Assembly: GCA_037447605.1 (NCBI GenBank)
Contig: CM074809.1
Location: forward strand, 2,904,689-2,968,688
Direction of reading: 5' to 3'
Length of the DNA stretch: 64,000 nt
From: Zygnema circumcarinatum SAG 698-1b
Lineage: Eukaryota; Plantae; Zygnematophyceae
Below, one piece after another: positions 1 through 13,114 of this stretch. The notes beneath the pieces are model-generated. The model had not been told where the DNA came from. It did no database searches and saw only the letters and a list, made by a program, of their open reading frames with translations. A program made the position numbers and the translations under genes. Position 1 is the first letter of the stretch; each line of letters begins with the position of its first letter.

Positions 1-3
1 TAC

Positions 4-3000
4 CTGTGGTGGACTCGCAGGTCCAGTTTGATGTGCTTCAAGGCCCAAACTTGCTGCGTCTCCTGTTCCATTCCCCATTCCCTTTCCTACTCCTCTTGGC
101 TGGCCCTCCGCAAGATACTCTAGAATACATATGAACATAGTACGTTGCAAAGAGGCATGGCCTGCAGCAGTGTGCTCTGCTATAAAATCCAACAGTAATG
201 CCGCATCCTGTGGTGATACCAATCCAAGTCCTGCTTTGACATCTCCCAGAGGCTGCTCCGCGTAGTTCCCATTCCCGGCTACCACCTTCGCTACCACTCC
301 CTTGCTACGCTCTGCGTCCTTCCCAACGTCAAGAACAATACTGCCTTCGTACACTTCTACTATGGCAGCCACAAGCAATGACAGAAGACGCTTTCCCTCT
401 GCTTCTTTGTCTTCTCCATCCTGACATTCCTCAGTAGTCATTTCATGGCCTTTTTTGGCTTCTGCCTCTAATGCTGCAATGCCTACTTGTTCCATGCCCA
501 CTATCTGCCCCTCAGTGCTTTGTCTGTGAGGGTCCAACGAACTGTCATTTGGAAAGGCAGAAGAGAGCACTGATAGAGTGGCGGCTGTGTCGAGAGCCAA
601 AAGTGACCTAAGTCGCGGAAAGGTGCCACATGGACCGATGAATCGTGGCCGTCCAGTCCGTTCCAAGATATACCCGAGCACCTTATGCTGGACAGAAGCA
701 AGCTTGCTCTCGGGAAGCCTACCGTGTCCTGCACTCACGCAACATCTCCTTGTCCATTACAGGTGAGGGGGAAGGATGTGGAAGTGGGAACGAGAGAAGA
801 GTGCGAAAAGGAGTAAGAGGTTGCGACAAAACGATGCAATGATATAGAATGCAGCTATCAGAGAATCGTTGATTTGACTGGAAATTTTGATCTAGGTTGA
901 GTGAAGGAGTATACAAAAAGCTGATTATCGCAGAGCTACGAAAAAATGTACGGATGTTTAGACGCATGATATGCAATTTTTAGACATGAACAAGAATATA
1001 TCATGGCAATTCTGCTCGAAGGGACATTGGAAAAGATTAAATCAGTACTGGAAGAGCATGCGCTATTATTTTGATGTGGACCATCTTTATGGCAAGTAAC
1101 TTACCAGGCGGAAAGTACAGGCCTGCAAAGCAGTGCTGAAGGTAGACTAGCAGCTTGTACCTGCCATGTCCACCAACCACCCCCCCACAGACGGCGTCTT
1201 GCTCATCTTGTCCACCTTGGTGCACTGGAAACCGATACGCGTCATTAGCACACATGGACAAAACTTTTCTCAAAATGCCGTGCCATATCCGCGACTAGCT
1301 AGCTTGTACAGCAAGCAAGAAGGTGAACGTTTTCCATTCTGACAACCCAACCTGCCCGCATGGTTGCTTGTCCGGCTTACCCTACTTCTCGGCCGTGAGG
1401 GCTGTCGAAATCTCGAGCCACAGCCAAAAGCTCCTCCAGTGGTGAGACGAAGTCATCCAAACCACGAGTAAAGAGGTAGATGAGGGCACTATACAGCTCA
1501 TGGTCACGGCAAAGGTGAACCACCTGTGCACAACCGCACACCTCACATTTAGCGGTAGATTCCAGCATTGACATATGGCAAAAGGAGAGCTTCTCTCTCA
1601 TTGGCTGGACCTTCGTTTATTGCACAATGGCAGAATTGTTCTAATTTAGCAGCTGTTGCAGTAGGCTGATTACATTAATATCTGTAAGTAACACAACCAT
1701 AGTCTACTGTAGCGTCGGCGTATCTATGCCTTTCTTGCAGAAAGCAAGCCACGACAAGCATTTGTGTACATGCATTAGCATAGAACATTGCATGCCTTTC
1801 TTCGCGCAAATTTTCAGAAAACGGAAATCTCCGCTCCGACACTCAAAGCATGATGTGTGAGAGGGAACAAGTGCATGCCTGGTTGAAGTCGAGGGATGCA
1901 ATGTCCATGTGTAGCACACAATGCTCCACGCGCTGCAACCACCCCCGAGCACTGTAGTGCTCCACCAACGCCTGCATCATCTGCTCATCCCTACCACACA
2001 GAGGGCCCCAATGACCCACTTGACACACCTTAATCCCTGACTGCGCATGACCTTCAGATTGTGCGAAGGCATTTAAGCAGCCAGTTTTGCATCAGTTTTT
2101 AACTTTCAAAAAGGTGCAGTAGTGTGGAGATATCATCAAGAACGGCGAATAAATTAGCAAACAAGAAATAGTTTCTTTAGAAAAAATGGCGAAGTGTCGC
2201 ACCTCTGGTGCCAAACCTGGGAGCATGTCCTTCAAAATGTAAGGCTCAAGCAGCTCCAAGAACGTGCCTGCACCACAGCCCTGTTTTCTCAATCATATAC
2301 GCTCATATACTATATCACATTTGACGCGAATCCAAGGAGGGAGAGAGAGTAGTCTGAACGACAGAAAGCTGCCCAAATTAAGGTGACCTGACCTTACCAT
2401 ACACCATCAAGTAACGCAACCACCACAAGGAGCCTGCCTGCCCAAATTTTGATGCTCAGAACAGCTAGGTACAATGAGTAGTATGGTCTTGTACCTCTCT
2501 GCCCCACAGCATCAAACTTTCGGAATACGTCGCCAAAAAGAACTGTTGTTTGGTTCAGATGTACACAAAATTCAACTGCAACACCTCCGACCCGCGCATA
2601 CTGCTCTTTGGCAGCGACTACCATGGCATCATCTGCCAAAACTGCAGTGCCATTCCTGTTTACTGCAGTTTCCACCTTCTCTACATTGCTGTCCTTCCTC
2701 CACCCCTCCTTGTCCACAGCCCCACTGAAGACATGCTGTTTAGGCATCTCATTCTTCAAGCTGCCAAGACCATCGTCAACGTGTCGTTTAGCTAGTCCTC
2801 GCTTACCAGACCCATTCTGCACCTGTTCATGCTTCACCCCATTTCCAAATGACAACGTGGGTTCACTGCCTGCGGATTCAGTATCATTCTGGAAGCCCAT
2901 CTCCGTTGCTCCATTCAAATGAGCTTCGTTTGCAGTGGAAGCAAAGTCCACAACATGCGCTTGGTTGGAACCAATAGCTGTGGAGCGATTAGGATCTGAT

Positions 3001-6000
3001 CCGATTGCCAAGTGTACATAAGCAAATGCTTCGTCTATGTACGCTGAGAGAAGCTGCAGCAGGGCAGGCATGATAGCAGCTCTCATCGCCTCTAAGCCAC
3101 ATGGCAACCCAGTCACTCCCTCTGCGCGACCATCAAAAAGATCCATAGCTATGCGGAATGCGCCCATCCAATCACCTGCTTCCTGGACAGAAACACACGC
3201 CATATACACCTGGGAATGATGGCAGCCCGCGATCGAACCATCGCCTTATCCTCAAGGCTTCCAAGACACTACGATTGCCGCGTAATTATGAAATTCTAAA
3301 TTGAGAACGCATGCTACTCTTATTTAAAAAAGCGGGGAGAGGCTAAATTCCTAGTACCATGCGGCACCTAAGCCCTATCAAGAGCCACAACGTCAGGTGA
3401 AAGTTGTATAGAGTAAAAACGCAATGATACTCAACGATTATTCAAACAACCACCGTGATCTCATCAAGAACTACGCAGCTACTTAGAAACCGACAATGCA
3501 GACCTTTAATGTAGTAGCACATGCTATTTGCATTGCAGAAAAAAATCCCAGAGCACTTTAAGACTCTAAAGAGCCATAAGGAAATCATGCCACTACAAGG
3601 ATTGCAGCATTTGTGCATTCAATTCGACGATGATTCTTTAGTCAAAATGAAATCAGCAGCACACTTGCAAGATTTTTTGTGAAGACAGCGCACCTGTAAA
3701 GCCTTGATGCGTTCATGCCACGGTAGGAGCCGTGCCCGCCGTAAGACTCTTGAACCAAGGCAATAAACTGCAGCGCCTCGTACAGCAATGGAATTGTGAA
3801 AAGCCTTTACTCCATCTGTAAAGTTAGAGTGCGATACCAAAGAGTCTCCAGCCACTTCCAGGCCCACACGTTCGATCTCAGAACCACTGAGATCGAAGAG
3901 ACACAGCTGATCTTTCGCATTCAGGACAACCAGCATCTGCAAGAACATACAAAGTTTCATGCAATGGTCAGAGAGACGTACTAAACATGAAAGGATCACG
4001 ATGGGACAAATCAAATGCAATACTGTTATGTATGAATTTGCTAGAATGAGATCAGAAGCATCGCCAGCTGAGGAGGAAACGCCGAGTTCTAGTGCGGCTC
4101 ATGCGCATCCGTGAAAAGTCACTCTCCTGACAGGAGGGCAGTGAGTTGACTGCACCCTTAGTGCTTCCACGCCGGCCTTAAGGTACCGCATTCTTTTTCT
4201 TTACAGCTCGCGGTGGCTGATAAGAAGAAAGAACATACCTGTTCTGCAATCCACGCCACTCCATTTGCTGGCGCGTCCAGCTGCCATTCCTGAACTACTT
4301 TTACATCTGTTTTAAGAAGCTGTAACACCTGCACACGGCAATCCCAGGCCAATGCAAGCAGCTTTTCTTCCTCCACATCCTCCAGCACCGCGTTCCTCAA
4401 GCCACCAGCTTGCACAGGAGCTTTTGGAACTGCCTCGGCTATGTCTGCCTCACTGCTGTGACGTGTGAGAGAAGCTTCAGTAACACCAGCCTTTCCCGAG
4501 AGCAGAGCCCCAGTAGAACTTCCCCGGTCATGATTATTGCTGTTTTCATGTCCTTGTAAACTAGCTCCAGCACTAGCATCTCCCTGCCCTTTATTTCCTA
4601 ACGCTCCATTAGGAGCAGTTTGGGCTGAGACTCTGCTAGACGCAGAGATCAACGGAACTGGCAGAGAGATTGAATGCTGGAGGTTGGACAAGGATCGTGA
4701 GCGCATTCGTCTCCAGGCAGCATAAGGAATGGACCCATCAAGAGGTGCAGACAGGCCTCCACTTCGAACTGGACGATCGAAGCGGGCCAAGACTTCAAGT
4801 GATGGTACAAGTCGCACCTGTTGCCCCCCAGCACATTCATAATCACTGGAAGTCAAAATGCATTCTATGCTACCAGTACAACTATGCCAATTGACGGATT
4901 TTGGTCATCCGTCTCCGGAATCCAACGTTGACAGACAAATGACGATCATGAGCACAGGAATTGTTGGGCAGGCTGGCGAGGGAATGAGCTGTACCAGAAG
5001 CGCCATGGAGTTGGTAATGAGTGCCACAGGCAAAGAAGCATCCTCCTGTAAGGACCCGTCAAGAAGCTTCTTCCCAGCATCCATTCCTGCCCCAACCATT
5101 CCGCCCATCCCTCCAAGTGCACCCCCCATGACTCCACCTAAGCCTCCCGGCATAGCCTGTGCGCCACCTCCAGAAGATGCTGTGCCAGTTCCCACAGGAG
5201 TAAAGTTGTCTTCTGCAAGGGCGGGTGCAATGGAGAGCACTGGGCCACCTCTCGAACCATCCAATAAGCACTGCACACTCACACAAGAGCATGTCCACGT
5301 GAGTAACCTGCATGTTAGCTCTTTCGTTTGAACTCCCTTTGGGAAAGAAGCGATTTACCTGTGTTGTAACACTGTACCGACGTAAAAGTGGCAGCACTGT
5401 AAAGGAGTGAAGCAGCACAACTCCCCGGGCATCTGCTGTCAATGTGCGTGTACTGCGGCTTGTCAGTTGATCTTGCCCGACAAATCTGCAGTGCACTATA
5501 GTCTGTGAATGTTCCCCAACAATCGCTTTTGCCACAGCTCCTCGAGTTACATCCCAAAGGGTGACCGCCCCACTAGAATAGCCAGCCAACAGAAGGTCGC
5601 CTTGCTGGTTGAAATCAATAGCAGTAGCAGACCCAGCAGACGATGTAGCCGTTCCTCCAAGGAGAAAGGCCTGGTACGAGGAAATCCACAAGCCATATCA
5701 GCAGGTGCAAAAATGAAAATAATTGAGTGCGATTTCGTACATGCAGAAAGGAGAAAGTGGCAGTTGCAGGTAGGATAATAAACGTGTATATATAAGTTAT
5801 CGCCATTCACAAGGTTACCATTGAAAAAGACGAGTACCGAATAAAACTGATTACAGCAAATTAAAGAAGTTTCGCAACATCCAGACAATGCAAAAAGGAG
5901 AGTGAAATCGGGAGCGTGATGTATGAAAAAATTCAGCACTCATTGGACCTTCCATGATCATCATAGTACAACAGCATACCCCTGCAAACCTGTCCTCAGA

Positions 6001-8856
6001 AAGGAAATTAAAAGTTCCAATCCCAAGTTTGTATCTCGAAAGCTTACGAAAACTAGTATTCAAGAGCACAGTGGTGCAACTGCGAGAATAGAGGTTGCAC
6101 CTAAGTGATAAGAATCAGTCACACGACTGCGGCTCCTGGATTCATCCCCTACTTTTATCAGGACTGACCTTGTCCTCAGTGTTATCAGCGCTCCGGTTGG
6201 GGGAATACCGACTTGGAGCCACCAGAATGCCGCCCTTTGACATCCCAACTGCAATGAAGTTGGAGTGTATAGCCAAAGCTAGAGGAGCACCATGGTCTCT
6301 CTTCAGAGCAGGGTTGGCCAAGGCAGCTGACAAGGATGCCACAGTGTCCAATTGGAGCAGCCCAATGGCAGGGGGGCCTCGCTGAATGCCCTCCAGCCTC
6401 ATAGGCTGTGCTGCAGCCCCTTCTTCCCAGGTCAGACCTGAGCTTGCCTTCCTACGCTCCACTTCTACAGCATGCTCCAGAGCTGCCAGCCGCTCATTGT
6501 CAGCTCTCCTTTTCCACTTGTTGCCGCTCTGTTCTTCTTCCAGCGCTTTGTCTGCCTCTTGATCTCTGTGCCTTTTTTCACCACGTGTGGAAAGTTGGTC
6601 ATAAACATCTGCCGCATTTCGTTCTGTTCCTTCCAATGATTTATCTTGCACATCCTCCATAACTGGCAAACTTTCCAGCCCTTCCAAATCCTCCCAATCA
6701 CCATCGTAGTCCCCCATACACTCATCTACAACATCAGTCGCGTGGCCCTGCTCAAGATTAAGCACTTCTATTTCGGAACACTTTCCTTCATTGTGAAGAA
6801 TTGGACTGGTAGGTTTGCTAGTCTTTGAGTCCACAAACGTATGCTCTATCCTTAAAACCTCCTCTGTCTCATTGTTGAATTCTGCTTGAACTGTAGTGTC
6901 CAATTTAGTCAATGAGGCCTCAAGCGGCATCGAATGAACCGGCTCTACAAGCAGTAGCAATGGCTTGGCATCTAGCAGCTGTTGGATCGGTTTCGTTTTT
7001 TCCCGCAGTTCAGATGCATCTCCTGTGTCGCCTCTGCTTGGCAACTTTTCAAGCGTGTTCCGGGGCTCTTCCACCAACCCAAGAAGCTGAGATGAAGTAG
7101 GCCCCCCTGAAGAAACCACTTGATCAGTCTGCTGAGCTTCGAAAACGTGAAAAGGCCTATCAAATCCAGGCTCCTGACTACTTCCTCCTTCACCATCAGT
7201 GCACTCTAGGAGAGCTGGTGAGGAACCCGTCCTTGCAAAAGTGGCAAGAGCTGTAGGTGACTTTGCAATGTGTGATTGAACGCCATTAAATGGAGACGGT
7301 ATCCTCTGTGCTGCTGAATCAAGATGCGGAGGCAGCTGAGCTGAAGGATAAACAGAAATCGAAGTCGAATCATCAACACAGTGTGCATCCTCTAAGGATA
7401 AACTTGAACTGGACAACGAGTTCGGATGAGAGTGCTCTGCTCCTAAACGTGTATCTCCAGGAGAAGTCGTTCCTGTATAACTGGATGAACCTAGCCAACC
7501 ACTGCCAGCAGAGCGACGTTGAGCAGCAGCCGCTGCAGCCGCTTCAGCTGCAGCAAAAGCTGCCCCAGGTCGTAGACCAACACGACTTGACTTGATTGTA
7601 CTGGCTTTTCCTGCTGGTTGCCCTAACGCTAATGTTGCCCAAGAGGCAGTGCTAATCCTACCGAGAGACATGAAACTGGCTGTGCTTTCTATGCTACTAG
7701 CAATGCTCCGTGGGCTTCCTCCCCCTGGACTCAACGCATCACCTCGATGCTCACCGCTGCCAAGTTCTTCATTTTCCCAAACACCGTTGTTGGAGTGAGC
7801 TTTTTGCTTACTCCCGTCTTCATTCTGACACCCCTCAATTCTGGAAGAAGCAGACGCACGAGATGTGCTAGCGCCATCAACACTAGCGCCCAGAAATGCT
7901 AAAGAACTTCCCTTCCAAAGCCCTGCTGCAAACTTGCTGTTTTTCAAAAGACGAGCTGTGGTCGTACCCTCCCAGAAAGTATTTTTCCCTTTTCCCTTAT
8001 CGGCTTTCACAGGCTTGGCGACATCCACAGCTGTGTCCAATACTCCACTTTCCGTTCTCTCGCCTTCCCTTGAATTGTCAGACTGTTTCCCCTTTTCTGC
8101 CTGGCATCTGGAACTAGAAGCAGCAACATCAACTACATTCTCGCTTGCTCCAAGAGTTGAAGGTGGTAAATCTCCGCTGGACGATTTTTTCATGTCTGCA
8201 ACGTGGTGCTCTTTACCTTGTAAAGTACATGTGTTATCTTCATTTAGTGTGGTATCCACATGGCTTGGCCCGACATCAGCTATGGTGGAAGGAAGAGTGC
8301 CGTTGTTGGCATCATATGGTTCATTCAAAATAGAGGCAGTTCTGCTCTGCTTTTCTAGAATATCAACTTCTGCATTTACGCAATAGCTTGTAACTCTGTT
8401 TTGTGCAGCAGTGCTAGAAGAGACTGCTGGCCCAGAATGCACCTCAAGATATTTGATGTCAGGCATGCGTTCTTCACTGCTATCAGAGCCATCGGGGCCT
8501 TGGATAATTTTCGAAGTTACTCCAGACTCTGAATGCATAAATGTTGCTGATTTTCCTGTCCCATGACTAATGCTTACAAGAGCTGGAAGTAGGCGCTTGC
8601 TATTTTCCAAGAAAACATGATTCAACCTGCTTTCTGCTTGCTTCTTGTTCAGGGCAACCTCTTGGGAGATTGGTCCAGTATCTTTGTCCTTTTCCAACTC
8701 AGTTTTACTCTGCAATTGGCCCAACTGTGCCGCCTGTTCCTCCTCCCAGGCGTCATCCAAAATGTCATCCAATGATCGCTCCAAGTCTGGCAGATTCTCA
8801 TCCTCCTCATCTGTTTCAGCAGCTAGCAACGCATCAATGTCAAAATCAAAAGACAT
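4..8856 (-). CDS. VPS8: Vacuolar protein sorting-associated protein 8 (CORVET subunit), 5' part; gene continues beyond the left edge
   Basis: Exons: 8856-6169, 5670-5359, 5270-4995, 4817-4239, 3936-3694, 3182-2495, 2267-2203, 1980-1879, 1523-1381, 1160-1105, 728-4. Phases are consistent (1959 codons). Plant VPS8 motifs include FNQQGDLLLAGY, AGDWMGA, FLELLEPYILKDML, MQALVEHYSARGWLQRVEHCVLHMDIASLDFNQVV and YKLLVYLQHCFAGLYFPPG. Confidence 0.95.
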
Positions 8857-8909
8857 GGTGAACGATGCCAGCCCCTACCACAAGTTCTTCACAGGCTCTC
8901 AGGCCCGTT

Positions 8910-9586
8910 AACCCTAATTACCCTTCATCAGGCCTCACTCTTGCAAGGCCAGCTCCGGAGTTCAGCCCATCATAGACAGCCGTGCAAAGCCACTCTTGAC
9001 AAGGTTCCCCTCTTCTTGGAATGTCCCTCATCCAACCGCATACTGTACTACAATATTCGCTCCTTTTCCAGCTTTTGCACATGCGCTCGAAATATGGCGG
9101 ACGACCTGCTGCCTCTCAGAAGCAACCCCCCAGCCCCCCTAAACCGGGTGGCACGGTTTCGGTTTCAGGGCGAAACTTCGTTTTCCGTCGCAAACTTGAC
9201 CACATACCGTACAAAAGCTGGAAGCCGAGGAGCTTCCAACACGAATAGGAACATGACACATGGTAGCCATGTGGCGTGGAGTCGAGCTACGTCCACAGCG
9301 TTTGGGCAGCTGAAAAATGTCACCTCTTATGGGCAGGACGGGAAATGGCCATGAAGCTCGTGGGATTGGCGGTCGCTCGTACCTCAATCTGCCTGTATTC
9401 TACGGTCTCCCACCGACTCACAAAACGTTAGGCTGACGTGGACTCCACGTCACGTAGAAAATATTCCGAAAAGTTTGCGAGCGCAAACTGCAAATGGCAA
9501 ACTAGGTTGGATGTCGTCATATATTACGTCAGCAAATGGACATCTTTTAGCGAGCGACAGGACAGCATGTCGTTTTTTTAGGGTTT
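8910..9586. promoter_or_regulatory. Head-to-head VPS8/PCD promoter region with telo-boxes and a palindromic ACGT (bZIP-type) element
   Basis: AACCCTAA at 8910-8917 and TTAGGGTTT at 9578-9586. Perfect inverted repeat TGACGTGG-act-CCACGTCA at 9434-9452. Confidence 0.5.
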
Positions 9587-9767
9587 GCGCAAACCGCGAC
9601 AGCTGTCGGTCTTGGGGGCAGGCTGCGGGTCTGCAAGGGCCAGGGAGAAGGCGGGCGGAGGGGCTTTCTCGGGCGCTGCCAACAATGGGGGGAGAACAGT
9701 TGGAGGGGTTATAAAGGCCTTTTTTTTGGCTCTCTTCTGTTGTTTGAGGCGCTTGGGAATCTCCAGG

Positions 9768-12700
9768 ATGGCTGCCATGGTTGGCGGTGAGCTTACATCC
9801 TTCCGGATGGGGGCCAAGTGCCTGGCAGGCGTCGTAGGCCGTTCAGGGTCGAGGGCATTGAGTTCCTCAAGAACAAACGCTCCAATCGTGGGGCAAAAGC
9901 TGAAAGATGTTTTGGTGGGTGCCAAAAGGAACGTTAGAGGGTCGGTTTGCTGGAAAAGAACGGGCATACTCTTTGCGAGAGGATGTTTGAACACAGGTGA
10001 ACCGAAATCTACTCGTTCTATTCTAGAATTGCAGCAAATTTGTCGAAGCACTGGCGTGGCTTCTGTGAGGAATGCCTTTTCTTGGCATTGTTACAGCGGC
10101 AATGGTCTCGTTGCTTACAACTGGAGCCTTATTCGGTTATCTTGCCACTGTCGAAAAATCTTTAGCTGCCTAGGTTGCCATGTATATCAAATTGTCGTAA
10201 ATTATACGTAACGCACTATTTAAATTGATGGACTGGTAGAACACTCAATACTGCTTGCATTTGTTTCAGCTACAATGCCAGAGTAGGGACATTCATTCCT
10301 CTGTCTCTACAATTAGAGTGGTACACAAGTTGAAATTCTCTGCATTTCGCGTCGGAAGTGATTCATAAGTTAAGCCACCGCATGTATTGAGTTTGGTCTT
10401 ACTGGCGCATTAGAGATCATTGTATCATATTACTGTAAAATCATCCTCTGCCTGGGCTGGTCATGTTTGATTCGCTAGGCTAGCCTTGGCCTCGTTTATT
10501 TGCTGAGGCCTTGTCCTAAAAGCAGTCTCCTCCATCGTGAGAGCGATTGCTCCTTCCCGCCCTAGTTTAGTGTGCTTTTGAAAAACATCGTACTCAAGTT
10601 TCTATATCTTACATGTATTCGATTTAAAGGCAGGATGTTGACGAAAATTGAGTTTCAATGCTGTTGATTAATGTTACAGGCACAGTCGGCGAAGGAGAAC
10701 TTGCTCGCAAAAAGTGTGTTCCTTGTGAAGGGAAGGGCATGCAGCCATTGTCCCACGACGAAGTAAGGCTACTCCGTGAAAAGGTGATAATTCTCCCAAC
10801 ATGACGAGACTGACGTCAGCATCCCAGTTTTGTTATTGCTTTGCTTATCAGAATTTCTTTTTTTCAGTCAGGCCACCCTTTTGTATTTATCGAACCTCTG
10901 TCCCACTCCTGCCTACCTTTGCCTTTGTGTTGATACCTCCATTCTTTCCAATATACACAGAAGTTGTGGGTGCTCTGGAAATGCAGGTTCCTGACTGGCA
11001 ACTTGTGGACGTAGACGGCATCCCTCGCCTACAACGTGCGTGGAAAGTGCGGAATTTCAGCAAAGGCCTGGAGTTCTTCCAACGAGTGGGAGAAGTAGCT
11101 GAGGCTGAAGGTATAATCGCAGCAGCCAATCACTCTGTCTCACGTCCTCTCAATTTTCCCTTCTATAATGCTTGCCAGAAGGCAAGAGAGAACAGAAACA
11201 CGAACACGTGCATTATGTCAGATAAAGGCAGCTTTGCGATTGGTTCCTCGTGTATTTTTATTGGATCTGTACCCTGCAGTTGTAGTTATGATCATTGAAG
11301 GTTGTGTGGCAGTCTGTATGATGATAGTCTCCTCTCCTTTGAGGCCCTACGGGTATTTTAAGTTATTTTTATTTTGTCAGATTTATGAGGTTGTCTGGTG
11401 AGGAGAAATTGTGCGCATCTATTAGTCCGAGCTCATTCTTGCCCATTTCCATCTCACCATGGAAAATGAAAAGGTCTAGACATCGATGGGGATATCGATT
11501 ATACATTGTTTTTTTTTTGGATCTAATTGTTTTGGCCAGATGTGCTGAAACAACACTTTGCTGTGAGGGTGACCCTGTCAGTGCTGTATCGGCTTGTGCA
11601 CAGGTCATCATCCCGACCTGCATTTGGTTGGCTGGAACAATGTCAGGGTTGATATTTGGACACATTCCATTGGTAAGGCCATTTGTCTCAGACTTCTGAT
11701 GGCAGGTAGTAATGGCATGTTCAACTTTGTGAACTCAAAGCAGAGGAGTCTCCAATGTTACGCACCTTTTTGGTGCATCAGATCTCTACATATGCCATTG
11801 CCAGGAAACTCTTGGGAAGAATTGCACCTTGTGATTCCTTAATGTATGTGTTCATAAGTTCAGGGAGCTAGTGTGAATTCATGTGGAATGCTTGCCTGCT
11901 CTCACGCTCTCCCCCTCCCCCTTCCCCTCCCCATCCCCCTCCGCCCACCCCCCTTCCACCTCCCCCTCCCCCTCCCCCTCCCCCTCCCCCTCCCCCTCCC
12001 CTCCTCCCTCCTCCCTCCCCCCTCCCCCTCCTCCCTCCCCCCTCCCCCCTCCCCCTCCCCCTCCCCCTCCCCCTCCCCCCTCCCCCTCCCCCTCCCCCCT
12101 CCCCCTCCCCTCTCCCCCTCCCCCTCCCCCTCCCCCTCCCCCTCCCCCCTCCCCCTCCCCCTCCCCCCTCCCCCCTCCCCCTCCCCCTCCCCCTCCCCCT
12201 CCCCCCTCCCCCTCCCCCTCCCCCTCCCCCCTCCCCCTCCCCCCCCTCCCCCTCCCCCTCCTCCTTCCTCCCTCCCTCCCTCCTTCCCCCTCCCCCCTCC
12301 CCCTCCCCCCACCCCCTCCCCCTCCCCCCTCCCCCCTCCCCCTCCCCCTCCCCCCTCCCCCTCCTCCTCCCCCTCCCCCTCCTCCCTCCCCTCCCCCTCC
12401 CCCCTCCCCCTCCCCCCTCCCCCTCCCCCCTCCCCCTCCCCCCTCCCCCTCCCCCTCCCCCTCCCCCTCCCCCTCCCCCTCCCCCTCCCCCCTCCCCCTC
12501 CCCCTCCCCCCTCCCCCTCCACCTCCCCCTCCCCCCTCCCCCTCCCCTCCCCCCTCCCCCTCCCCCCTCCCCCCTCCCCCTCCCCCTCCCCCCTCCCCCC
12601 TCCCCCTCCCTCCCTTCCCTCCTCCCTCCCTCCCTTCCTTCCCCCTCCCCCTCCCCCTCCCCCACCCCCTCCCCCCTCCCCCTCCCCCTCCCCCTCCCCC

Positions 12701-13114
12701 TCCCCCTCCCCCTCCCCCTCCCCCTCCCCCCTCCCCCTCCCCCCTCCCCCCTCCCCCCTCCCCCTCCCCTTCACAATCCCCTCCCTTTCCCCTTTCCTTC
12801 TCCTTTCTTTGGGGACATTCATTTTTTTCTTTAGTTGGATAAATGGCCTAAGGTACCTGGCATAATATGTTACTCTGTTAAAGCCAGTTTAGTTCCATAC
12901 CCAACTTGATGGTAGGGCTCGTAACAAACGGCAAGATAGGATGTCAGGCGAACAGGCTGCATTCGTAACCCTGAAGTTGACCGGCCTGACGATGATTTGT
13001 GCAGGTGGTTTACACGAAAATGACTTCATTCTTGCGGCTAAGATTGGTGAGCTCGATGTCGATGATCTGCTGCGGAAAAAGAAAGTACATACACCACCTC
13101 CCACGAGCGCTTGA
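9768..13114 (+). CDS. PCD: Pterin-4-alpha-carbinolamine dehydratase (At1g29810 type) with N-terminal organellar targeting peptide, 211 aa
   Basis: Exons: 9768-9996, 10680-10783, 10987-11110, 11604-11672, 13005-13114, all GT-AG and in phase. Motifs KKCVPCE, WKVRNFSKGLEFFQRV, EGHHPDLHLVGWNNV, WTHSIGGLHENDFILAAKI. Confidence 0.95.
11907..12810. repeat. Compound (CCCCCT/CCCCCCT/CCCT)n polypyrimidine tract in PCD intron 4
   Basis: About 900 bp that is almost only C and T on the + strand, located between PCD exons 4 and 5 (intron 11673-13004). Confidence 0.97.

Noticed and set aside
6408-8911. Multiple + strand ORFs (e.g. 7865-8386, 7290-7595)
   Set aside because: Antisense shadows of VPS8 exon 1, with no recognisable domains.
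11868-12865. Long Pro/Ser-rich (extensin-like) and Gly/Arg/Glu-rich ORFs in several frames
   Set aside because: All are translations of the intronic C/T repeat. They are open only because the repeat lacks stop codons, and they lie inside PCD intron 4.
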